Shown here: positions 21,962 to 31,219 of the stretch, piece after piece
How positions within the stretch are numbered: position 1 is the stretch's first letter
Layout: every line of letters starts with the position of its first letter
Source of the DNA: Desulfatiglandales bacterium
GTDB lineage: Bacteria; Desulfobacterota; DSM-4660; Desulfatiglandales; HGW-15
Length of the DNA stretch: 64,000 nt
Assembly (NCBI GenBank): GCA_963667015.2
Contig: CAXXJJ010000004.1
Coordinates: 928,001-992,000 of the forward strand
Direction of reading: 5' to 3'
Notes under the pieces: model-generated
What the model was told of the DNA's origin: nothing
What the model saw: only the letters and a program-made list of their open reading frames with translations
Database searches by the model: none
Translations under genes and position numbers: made by a program

Positions 21962-22873
21962 AACATATAATGAAAACAAGGTGGCAGCCCTTGGCATGTG
22001 ACACAACAATTACAGGGACGCCCTGCAATTTGACTTTTGACCTGCTTTCTTTTCTTGACTTAGATCAATGCACTTGCATCTCCGCTGCAGTTGCCATACT
22101 CTTGATACACATAGGTGTTTTGACCGCATCTTACAAGAAATCGGAACGCCTCTACATCAACTTAATGAACGCAAAGGTCTCCTGGTTGAAGGTCGATGCT
22201 GACGCGCAATCTGAGCATAAGATGATGTTCCTCGGCTTGAATCGGATTCAAATGAATAAAAAAATGACATTCCTCGACTTGTATCGGATTCATCGGAGTT
22301 ACCCCATTGTGAGCGGCTTGCTGGCTGCGATCCTCGTTTCGTGTTTCGGCGTGATGGTCTACAATGCAGGAACTAAAAAAAACGAAAATACTCCCCCAAA
22401 TAATTTGACGTGCGCGTTAGCCTTCTTTGAAATAAAAACAGGAAAGAGGAAAATCCTTACATTCAGGCGGGAGAGGCTGATCAGCAGGTTTAGTGAGGCC
22501 ATTGATCAGTTGAATGTATATTTGAAGAAAAGCACTAATGCCTAACGAATAAAAAAATATTTTGCACAGCCACAATCTTGTCGTTAAATAGGGGTTATGC
22601 TAGGCGTCTTTGCTGGGTTGCCCTTCGATGGACATCTCGGCTACGATCTCGAAGTCGAATGACTCATGTCCTTAAGTGAAATCGAAAGGCTTTGCTTAAC
22701 CTGTGGACACCCTTACCCCTGTTTTTTTATTCAATAATCTACCTTATCTGACCGATAGTATTATTTATATTCTAAATCTAATGGAATGGTTTCGCTCTAT
22801 TTACCTGATATCAGTTTCACCTGAAAAAACACAATGCCTCAGAAAGGCAATCGCTAAGATATTGCTCAGGAGA

Positions 22874-23857
22874 ATGTACTGCATGAAAATAATATTAAAA
22901 AGCTTTGTATTGATAATGTTTGGGCTGTTATTATACGGATGCACTGAGAAAAAAGAAGCAAAAATTTACCGCGTAGGTGTACTCCCTGCAGATGATTATT
23001 TTTTTCCAACAGTAGATGCATTTAAGGAAAAAATGACTGAGCTCGGTTATACCGAGGGGAAAAATATTGTATATGACATACAGAAAACCAATTACAAATC
23101 AAAAATAGAAAAAGCCATTCTTGATAAATGGGTATCAGAAAAAGTCGACCTGATTTTTGTCACACCAACCGAGGTCGCCAAAGCCGCCAAGGAATCCACA
23201 AAAAATTCCGGAATTCCGGTCCTTTTTGCAAATGTCTTTATTGAAGGATTCGACATAGTTGATGATATGATACATCCCGGTGGTAATTTAACAGGCGTGT
23301 GCTATTTCCATCCGGACATTACAGTTAAAAGCCTTGAGACCCTGCTCGAAATAGCCCCGGAAGCAAAGCGTATTTGGATTCCATACCTGGAGGGATATCC
23401 TTCAGTACCCTGTCAGCTGGAAAAACTGTGCAAGGCAGCAGATACCTATGGAGTGAAAATACTGGAATTTCCAGCCAGAAATATTACTGCCATACAATCC
23501 GAGCTGGACAGAAGATCAAAAAACGATGATCCCGGTATAGATGCAGTAATGCATGTGACAGACCCCATTGCTTCCTGGTCAGAAGTTAACGATGCAATAG
23601 GGAAATTCGTTGTTAAATACCGGCTCCCTTTTTTTGGTATAAGACAAAAATGTGTTATTACCTTTACTATAGACCAGGCTGAAGTTGGCAGACTGGCTGC
23701 ACCAATAGCTGATAAAATCTTTAAAGGTACCCATGCAGGCAGTATTCCGGTTGTATCGGCAGATCCTGTACTCACCATAAATTATAAACTGGCACAGGAA
23801 CTCGGGTTGACAATACCCGAGAGCCTGCTTGCAAGGGCAGATAAAATAATACGTTAA
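22874..23857 (+). CDS. ABC_sub_bind-type substrate-binding lipoprotein
   Basis: Lipobox LYGC; ELGYTEGKNI, PGGNLTGV, C-term LGLTIPESLLARADKII; AGGAG RBS before 22874. Confidence 0.88.
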   Translation: MYCMKIILKSFVLIMFGLLLYGCTEKKEAKIYRVGVLPADDYFFPTVDAFKEKMTELGYTEGKNIVYDIQKTNYKSKIEKAILDKWVSEKVDLIFVTPTEVAKAAKESTKNSGIPVLFANVFIEGFDIVDDMIHPGGNLTGVCYFHPDITVKSLETLLEIAPEAKRIWIPYLEGYPSVPCQLEKLCKAADTYGVKILEFPARNITAIQSELDRRSKNDDPGIDAVMHVTDPIASWSEVNDAIGKFVVKYRLPFFGIRQKCVITFTIDQAEVGRLAAPIADKIFKGTHAGSIPVVSADPVLTINYKLAQELGLTIPESLLARADKIIR

Positions 23858-26535
23858 TTCGACAGCGCATCTCTGATAACACGGCCGATTCTATCCAGGT
23901 TGTATGGTTTCTGAATATATGCGCTGGCTCCGAGCTTAAGAGTTTCTTTAACATGCTCTGTTTCCGAGAATCCGCTTGCTATAATCGCCTTCTGGTTTGG
24001 GTGAATCTCAAGAATTCTTTTATATGTTTCAAGCCCGTTTATTCCCGGATCCATAATCATATCCAGTACAATAAGATCAGCCGAGTTGTTTTTCATGTAA
24101 CTGACGGCCTCTTCCCCGCTTGATACTGATGTGATCCTGTAATCCAGTTTATCAAGTATCCGGGTAAGCAGAATTCTTTGTTCTTCCACATCATCAACAA
24201 TCAATACTGATTCACCATTTCCCATATAATTACCAGGGGTTTCGGGAGATTTTTTTTCTATCACATCTCCTTTTGTCAGCGGGAAATAAAGTATAAATTT
24301 GCTCCCCTTCCCTTCCTGGCTTATAACATCAATAAATCCGGCATGGTCCTTTACTGTCCCCCACACTACTGTCATTCCAAGACCGGTACCGCTTCTGCCC
24401 ATTTTCTTTTTAGTATAAAAGGGCTCAAATATTTTTTTCAAATCGATATTTGAAATACCTTCACCGGTATCTGATACAGTAAGGGTAATATAGTCGCCTT
24501 CATCGATATTTTCATATCCTGAAACCGGTCTCTCTATATTTTTATTTTCCGTTGTTATTCTGATATTGCCGCCTTCAGGCATTGCTTCTGCCGCATTGGA
24601 TATCAGGTTCATGAGAACCTTTGACAGCTTTGCCCCTGAACCAAGTATATTGACCCGGTCAGCCCTGAGATCCACTTTTATATCAGTGCCGGGATGGAAT
24701 GTAAGGATGCTTTCATATTCCGGACTTTTCATAAATTCATCTATAATATCATGAAGATTTACGACTTCATTTATTGCAATTTCCCTCCTTGCCATTGTAA
24801 GCAGCTCCTTTACAATAGCAGCAGCCCTCTCCCCTGTTTTTTTAATCATCAACAGGGGATCTCTCATGGGATTATCTTCAGCCATATCCAACAGCAGCAG
24901 TTCAGGATAACCCACAATACCGCCCAGGATATTGTTAAGGTCATGTGCCACTCCTGCTGAAAGAGTCCCGATTACTTCCATCTTTTGAGCCCTTAAAAGT
25001 TTAGCCTGCAGACGTTTGGATTCGGAAATATCAATAAAAGTAATAATCTGTCCCCTGGAAAGATCCGATGCGTCAAGCGGACAGGCCCCCATAATACAGT
25101 CAATAAATACATCGTCCTTCCGGATACATCGAACTTCTACATTAGCAGGTCTTGAAACACCGGTATCGGAAAAAAGTCTTTCTGTGACACGTCTGAAATC
25201 ATCATCGCCTGAAAACAGAACTGAAATACTTTTTCCCAGGATGTCATTCTCTTCATAGCCGAACATGGAAAAAAATGATTCATTGGCCCATTCCAGCTTG
25301 TCACCCTGGACCAGGCCAATCCCTATGGGAGAAGCCATAAGAATAGCCTTCATCTTCTGTTCACTATCAAGAAGAACCTGCTCAACGTGTTTACGTTCTT
25401 CTATCTCACTTAGAAGGGTATCCCTCGAAACGGTAGTATTTTTAAGATCTTCCACCATTCTGTTAAAACTTACCGCAAGCTCGGCTATTTCATTTTTAGA
25501 ATCTATATCAATCTTCAGAGACAGTTCTCCTTTGCCGATTTTTTCGGTTGCATCCCTTAATTCTATAACAGGGTTTATCAGTTTTCTTGAAAGGTACACT
25601 CCCGAAATAATTGCAAGGACAATACTGAAGAACATTGCCAGGCCGGAAAGTAAAAGGGTCATAAAAATAGGCCTGTATGCCACCATTATCGGCTGTTCGA
25701 CTATTACTGACCATTTGAGTGTCTTGAGGCTGATATTTGTTGTTATAACATATGTATTATTTATACCCTTTGATATTTCTTTAATTTTTTTATTGGAGCT
25801 TTTCCCTTTCTCTATAAAATGCTTCACCGTGGTTATATGGTCCGGTTTTTCTCTTTTTAATACACGGCTTATATCTTTGTAGGCAATCAGGTACCCATGT
25901 TCTTCAACTACATAAACATCTCCGCCCATACCTATTTTGAACTGATATACCAAATCCCAAAGGACTTTAAGATTTAATTCCGCTATAAGAGAGCCTTTGT
26001 AATCATTAAAGATATCTGTAACAGGGACCGCAATTACCATCATAGGCATCCTGGTAATTTCATCTATATAAACAGGTCCTCTATATATTTCTTTCCGGGC
26101 GGTACTGCTGAAAAGTTCAGTATCATCATATTTCATTAACTCAGGCGACAATGATTTTGAGAAATGGGAAACCCTTGCTGCTTCCGACTGTTCGGAATCA
26201 AAAAGGGCCAATTGGCGAAACGCCGGTTCAAGACCCAGCAGTCTCTCCATTAACAATTTCTGTTCCTCTTTATGGAAAGAAAGCAGATCTCTATGTTTGG
26301 AGGTTAATTCAAGGAGACTGCATTTTTCGCTGATAAAATTTTCAACAGTATTAGCAGTATTTTTTGCTATCAATCTCTGATTTTTTATAAGAAGGTCTTT
26401 TTGAGTCTTATAGCTGAAATACATCTGAAGGCTGCTTGCAATAAGCAATGCTATCATGGTCAGAACAGAAAAACTGATAGTCAATGTCGCTGCCAGGCTT
26501 CTAAAGTAGGGTCTTTTTCCGATTTTTAATATCAC
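23854..26535 (-). CDS. Hybrid sensor histidine kinase (Cache-HAMP-PAS-HisKA-HATPase-REC)
   Basis: AHDLNN H-box; NAAEAM, DTGEG, FEPFYT, GTGLG; REC with LDMIM. Confidence 0.93.
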   Translation of the reverse strand: MILKIGKRPYFRSLAATLTISFSVLTMIALLIASSLQMYFSYKTQKDLLIKNQRLIAKNTANTVENFISEKCSLLELTSKHRDLLSFHKEEQKLLMERLLGLEPAFRQLALFDSEQSEAARVSHFSKSLSPELMKYDDTELFSSTARKEIYRGPVYIDEITRMPMMVIAVPVTDIFNDYKGSLIAELNLKVLWDLVYQFKIGMGGDVYVVEEHGYLIAYKDISRVLKREKPDHITTVKHFIEKGKSSNKKIKEISKGINNTYVITTNISLKTLKWSVIVEQPIMVAYRPIFMTLLLSGLAMFFSIVLAIISGVYLSRKLINPVIELRDATEKIGKGELSLKIDIDSKNEIAELAVSFNRMVEDLKNTTVSRDTLLSEIEERKHVEQVLLDSEQKMKAILMASPIGIGLVQGDKLEWANESFFSMFGYEENDILGKSISVLFSGDDDFRRVTERLFSDTGVSRPANVEVRCIRKDDVFIDCIMGACPLDASDLSRGQIITFIDISESKRLQAKLLRAQKMEVIGTLSAGVAHDLNNILGGIVGYPELLLLDMAEDNPMRDPLLMIKKTGERAAAIVKELLTMARREIAINEVVNLHDIIDEFMKSPEYESILTFHPGTDIKVDLRADRVNILGSGAKLSKVLMNLISNAAEAMPEGGNIRITTENKNIERPVSGYENIDEGDYITLTVSDTGEGISNIDLKKIFEPFYTKKKMGRSGTGLGMTVVWGTVKDHAGFIDVISQEGKGSKFILYFPLTKGDVIEKKSPETPGNYMGNGESVLIVDDVEEQRILLTRILDKLDYRITSVSSGEEAVSYMKNNSADLIVLDMIMDPGINGLETYKRILEIHPNQKAIIASGFSETEHVKETLKLGASAYIQKPYNLDRIGRVIRDALSN

Positions 26536-26751
26536 TTGAACGCTCCCCTGATCAGCATGTCAACACAATAGTAAAATATAATACTACTCATCCATGAGAT
26601 TTAATTTAAATCCGAAACCAGTTATCACTCTTTCTATCGGGTGTCTGTAATCCGGATTATGTCAATTTGTGAAGGAATTTTATATTTTATAATTTATCGG
26701 TCAAAGCACACTTAATATTAAATTATTCTACTAATTACTGCTTTTATAAAC

Positions 26752-27855
26752 TTACTTACTGTAATCGGATTTCAGCTTTTTTTCCTTTTCGTATCGATCC
26801 AGAGCAAGACTGATAAGATGATCAATAAGCTCAGAGTACTCGAAACCGCTTGCCTTAAAAAGCATCGGGTACATGCTTATTGAGGTAAAGCCAGGAATAG
26901 TATTAACCTCATTTACAATTACGGACCCGTCCTCCTTTAAAAAAGAGTCGACCCTGGCCAGCCCTTCACAGCACAGAGACTTAAAGGACCTGATTGCAAC
27001 CTCCTGGATTTTTTTCTTAACATCTTCCGGTAAATCAGCAGGAATATTCAGCAATGCACCGCTCTCATCAATGTACTTTGCATCGTAGGAATAAAAATCA
27101 TGCTGGGTGCATATTTCACCAGGCACAGAGGCTACTGGGTTTTCATTACCCAGAATAGCGCACTCTATCTCCCTGCCTTTGATAAATTCCTCCACCAGCA
27201 CCTTTCTGTCAAAGTTAAACGCATCATTTAATGCAGATTCAAATTCTTCTTTTGTGCCCACCTTGTGTACACCTACCGAAGAACCCATGTTTGCCGGTTT
27301 TATAAATAAGGGTAATCCAAGCTCTTCAGCTATCTCATCAAATACAGCGTCATCCTTTTCATGCGCCAGTATAACCCTGAATTTTCCGATAGGAATACCG
27401 CTGTCTCGAAAAAGCCGTTTCATCACATCTTTATCCATACCCACCGCTGAACCCAGGACACCGGATCCTACAAAGGGTATCCCGGCCAGCTTTAACAGCC
27501 CCTGCATTGTACCGTCTTCACCCATGGGTCCGTGCAGGACAGGAAAGATCACATCAACCGCAGGGGTATTTCCCGAATCTGCAAGGCTGACGATTTTAGA
27601 GTCGGGTTCTCCCGGTACGAGGGCAAGAACATCTCTCCCGGAGATGACATCCTGATCGGGTATGGTTCCGGCTTCCAGCATCAGCTCAGCTGATTTACCG
27701 ATACACCATTTACCTTTTTTTGTTATACCGATAAGTGAAACCTGATATTTATCCTTATCAATTGCAGCAGCAATATTTTTTGCAGACATTATTGATATCT
27801 CATGTTCAGCGGACTGGCCTCCAAAGAGTATTCCGACTTTTATTTTTTTACTCAT
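26752..27855 (-). CDS. ddl: D-alanine--D-alanine ligase
   Basis: GGQSAEHEIS, LHGPMGEDG, KPANMGSSVG, YSYDAKY, NEVNTIPGFT. Confidence 0.96.
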   Translation of the reverse strand: MSKKIKVGILFGGQSAEHEISIMSAKNIAAAIDKDKYQVSLIGITKKGKWCIGKSAELMLEAGTIPDQDVISGRDVLALVPGEPDSKIVSLADSGNTPAVDVIFPVLHGPMGEDGTMQGLLKLAGIPFVGSGVLGSAVGMDKDVMKRLFRDSGIPIGKFRVILAHEKDDAVFDEIAEELGLPLFIKPANMGSSVGVHKVGTKEEFESALNDAFNFDRKVLVEEFIKGREIECAILGNENPVASVPGEICTQHDFYSYDAKYIDESGALLNIPADLPEDVKKKIQEVAIRSFKSLCCEGLARVDSFLKEDGSVIVNEVNTIPGFTSISMYPMLFKASGFEYSELIDHLISLALDRYEKEKKLKSDYSK

Positions 27856-27873
27856 TCCTGATACCTCACATTC

Positions 27874-28959
27874 TTATGGATGGGCACTAGTTAACTTAAC
27901 AGCGTTAACAGGACAAACCTCGTGACAGCAGTAACACCTTATACATTTTGAATAATCAACAACTGCCATTTCATCAACCATTTTTATGGCATTTTTGGGA
28001 CAAATATTTTTGCATTCCCCGCATCCGATACATTTTTCTGTCATGACCGGATTTTTGGATTGGGCCTTTTTCCCGGTCTGCAGATGAGACGCGGTATTGG
28101 GCATTAAAAAATCATTTATCCTGTTCTCATCAGGTTTAAGAAGAGGATATTCTATTTTTTCCGGCCACATTCCCCTTATCCTGGCCCTTTTTAAAAGAGG
28201 AATGCCTGTCGGCTCAATACCAATCAGTTTACATACCGATATATCCATTGCAACCCCGTTGTCTGAGGCCATGGCAAGCCCTATATCAATCGGATCCCCC
28301 CCGCCGGCAGGTCCCTGGCCATGCATACCGAGAACCGCATCCATTATAAATAAATCAGGATTTAAAAACGAAAACACATCCAGAAGCAGATCCCCGAATG
28401 CCATTTTACCTGGAAACATCGCATGGTATTTGGCCTTAACCAGTCCGGGAACAGCTCCATACATGTTTTTACATGCAAGGGTCAGATATTGCAGAGAATG
28501 GGTTTTCAGCTTAGGTAAACCGATTATTTTATCCGCCTTAAAGACATAATTGCATATGGGAATTCTTTTTACCTTAATGCCATCCGGAATAATTACCTTT
28601 TCCGATCCGATGTCATAATTTACAGGAATTCCCTCCTCTTTTGCCATTGCCCCGATACCGGTCTTTTCATATGCCTTTTCCAGTATCTTTTTGGAAAATC
28701 TCCCAGCGGGGGAATCACCGATATAGGGTAATCCTCCTGCCTTTTTTACTTCTCGTGCAACCGCTCTCACAAATTCAGGGTTGGTAGTAACCGCCTCTTC
28801 AGGCCCCCTGGCAGACAGCAGATTTACCTTAAGAAGTACATTGTCACCCTTTTTTATAAAACTCCGCATTCCTCCGATGGGTGCAAGCAACGAAGCTATA
28901 TCGGGTTCTTCATAATTTGTTTTTTTTATTGATACCGAACTTGCTTCATAAGCAGACAT
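27874..28959 (-). CDS. DUF362 protein with C-terminal 2x[4Fe-4S] domain
   Basis: LLKVNLL, PKLKTH, KNMYG; CIGCGEC..C and CIRCYCCHEVC. Confidence 0.9.
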   Translation of the reverse strand: MSAYEASSVSIKKTNYEEPDIASLLAPIGGMRSFIKKGDNVLLKVNLLSARGPEEAVTTNPEFVRAVAREVKKAGGLPYIGDSPAGRFSKKILEKAYEKTGIGAMAKEEGIPVNYDIGSEKVIIPDGIKVKRIPICNYVFKADKIIGLPKLKTHSLQYLTLACKNMYGAVPGLVKAKYHAMFPGKMAFGDLLLDVFSFLNPDLFIMDAVLGMHGQGPAGGGDPIDIGLAMASDNGVAMDISVCKLIGIEPTGIPLLKRARIRGMWPEKIEYPLLKPDENRINDFLMPNTASHLQTGKKAQSKNPVMTEKCIGCGECKNICPKNAIKMVDEMAVVDYSKCIRCYCCHEVCPVNAVKLTSAHP

Positions 28960-29200
28960 TTTCTCTTACCAGTATGAATATCTTTTAAGGGATAAATAAG
29001 AATACCCTGCATATTATTGAGTCAGAATTCTAAGGAATAATATCTTGCGTTTTAATAATAAGGCTATAAAATAATATATCTTTTTCTAAAAGATTTATGA
29101 CTATCATCATTAGTGTCCAAAATAAAGTGGAATAATGTTTTAATGTTACCCAAAATGTGATTACCAAATTCTAATAAACCTCCCTGCAGAGGAGTAAACA

Positions 29201-29947
29201 ATGAAAAAACAATTTTTACCGGTCTTTATACTTGCTTCGCTATTGATATTTATTCCATCCTGTACAACCGATCAATCTTCTGCGTTTATCAGGGCAATGG
29301 GAGACAATATACTCGGAAGCGGCACAACAGCACCACTGACAAACGACAGGATTATTGCAGGACTTAAAGAGGCCTTAAAAGTAGGAACGGATAAAGCCAT
29401 CACAACGCTTTCCTCTGAAGGTAGTTTTTTTAATACCCCGGAAATTAAAATTCCAATCCCGGCTTCCCTAAAAAAAATTGAAGACAATGCAAGAAAGGTT
29501 GGCCTGGGTTTTTATTTCGATTCTTTTGAAAAGAGTATGAACACAGCAGCAGAAAAGGCCGCACCGCTGGCTAAAAAAATAGTATTTAATGCCCTGAAAG
29601 ATATGACCTTTTCCGATGCAAAAAAGATACTGTACGGCAGGGATAATGAAGCTACTCTTTATTTCAAAGAAAAAAGCTTCAATGAGCTTATGAACATCTT
29701 TAAGCCCTCAGTCCATTCTGCCATGTCAAAGACCGGGGTAACCAAAAAATATCAGGACATCGAGACAAAGATAAAAAGCATGCCTTTTATCGCGGCACTA
29801 CCTGTTAATTTCGATCTTGATTCCTATGTATCGGAAAATGCCCTGAATGGAATTTTTTATATACTTGAAAAGGAAGAGAAAAAAATAAGAGAAGACCCGG
29901 CAGCCAGGATAACCGAACTTCTCAGGGATGTATTCGGAAGAAAATAG
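29201..29947 (+). CDS. DUF4197 lipoprotein
   Basis: AGLKEAL, MNTAAEKA, DNEATLYF, EEKKIREDPAAR. Confidence 0.88.
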   Translation: MKKQFLPVFILASLLIFIPSCTTDQSSAFIRAMGDNILGSGTTAPLTNDRIIAGLKEALKVGTDKAITTLSSEGSFFNTPEIKIPIPASLKKIEDNARKVGLGFYFDSFEKSMNTAAEKAAPLAKKIVFNALKDMTFSDAKKILYGRDNEATLYFKEKSFNELMNIFKPSVHSAMSKTGVTKKYQDIETKIKSMPFIAALPVNFDLDSYVSENALNGIFYILEKEEKKIREDPAARITELLRDVFGRK

Positions 29948-29952
29948 ATAAT

Positions 29953-29984
29953 TTCCATTCAAAAAAGAATTTTTTGAATGGAGC
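29953..29984 (+). terminator. Hairpin after the DUF4197 gene
   Basis: tccattcaaaaaa-gaa-ttttttgaatgga inverted repeat. Confidence 0.55.
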
Positions 29985-30140
29985 TTTCAGCATTCAGCTA
30001 TCAGCCAGACCTCCCTGTTTTATATGTTTTTGATGAAAGCTGAACGCTTACGGCTGATAGCTGCCGTTGTACTGGTATTTGACATATCCTCCTCATTCCC
30101 TTATATATTTTTATCCTTATAAACAATTTCCGGAGATACC

Positions 30141-31133
30141 ATGAAAAGGTCTTTTATATTTATACTGGTGTTATTTTCTATCTTTACCTTATCCCAGTCT
30201 GCCTTTGCCAGAAAATTTGTAACCATAGGTACGGGTGCAGTTACCGGCGTATACTATCCTACCGGCGGAGCTATAACCAGAATGCTCAATAATAAATCCG
30301 ATCAATACGGCATCAAGGCTACCGTGGAATCAACGGCCGGGTCCGTATACAATATAAATGCAGTGATAAGCGGAGATCTTGAATTCGGCATCGCCCAGTC
30401 AGACAGACAGTATCAGGCAATTCACGGAAAGGCAGAATGGTCAAAGGCGGGACCGCTTAAAAAACTCCGATCAGTATTTTCCATTCATACTGAAACAATA
30501 ACCCTGATCGCATCGGCTGAAAGTAACATTAACTCAGTTTCCGACCTGAGGAATAAACGGGTAAACATTGGAAATCCCGGTTCAGGCCAGATGCAGAATT
30601 CAAAGGATATCCTGTCTGCCTTTGGAATGACCACGGATGATATAAAGACGGAATACGTCAAGGCAGTTGAGGCACCCGGTCTTTTTCAGGATGAAAAACT
30701 GGATGCCTATTTTTACACAGTTGGTCATCCCAACGGAAATATAAAGGAAGCAACTTCAGGAAGGATAAAGGTTGATATTGTATCAATCACAGGACCGGAA
30801 ATCGACAGCATGCTGACTCGTTATCCCTATTACGCAAAAACTGTTATCCCGGGTGAGTTTTATCCCAATAAGGCAAAAAAGGGTGAGGTGCAGAGCATTG
30901 GTGTAAAGGCGACGTTAATAACATCATCTGATGTGGATGATGACACAGTATATGCAGTTACAAAAGAGGTTTTTGAAAACCTTGAAGAATTTAAGACATT
31001 GCATCCAGCCTATTCAATACTCACAAAAGAAAATATGCTTGAAGGGCTTTCTGCACCGATCCACCCGGGTGCATTGAGGTATTATAGAGAGGCAGGACTT
31101 GATAAATTTATAAAACCGGAGTTGATTAAATAA
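30141..31133 (+). CDS. TAXI-family TRAP solute-binding protein
   Basis: TIGTGAVTGVYY, STAGSVYN, GNPGSG, PIHPGA. Confidence 0.93.
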   Translation: MKRSFIFILVLFSIFTLSQSAFARKFVTIGTGAVTGVYYPTGGAITRMLNNKSDQYGIKATVESTAGSVYNINAVISGDLEFGIAQSDRQYQAIHGKAEWSKAGPLKKLRSVFSIHTETITLIASAESNINSVSDLRNKRVNIGNPGSGQMQNSKDILSAFGMTTDDIKTEYVKAVEAPGLFQDEKLDAYFYTVGHPNGNIKEATSGRIKVDIVSITGPEIDSMLTRYPYYAKTVIPGEFYPNKAKKGEVQSIGVKATLITSSDVDDDTVYAVTKEVFENLEEFKTLHPAYSILTKENMLEGLSAPIHPGALRYYREAGLDKFIKPELIK

Positions 31134-31139
31134 AAATCA

Positions 31140-31212
31140 GGGTTCAAGGGGGCAAGGGTTCCAGGGGTAATAAAAGTCTTTCACTCGAACCCTTGACACC
31201 TTGAACCCTTTT
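31140..31212. repeat. Short-unit inverted intergenic repeat (AGGGTTCAAG / CTTGAACCCT)
   Basis: agggttcaagggggcaagggttc ... gaacccttgacaccttgaaccct. Confidence 0.65.
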
Positions 31213-31219
31213 TTATGCC

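Noticed and set aside
21952..22545. 197-aa ORF
   Set aside because: Starts inside a REP, has no RBS or recognisable domain; at most the 3' part is a gene fragment.
22540..22600. Possible integron attC site (GCCTAAC overlapping a stop codon ... GTTATGC)
   Set aside because: L boxes do not pair convincingly, there is no second site and no integrase in the window.
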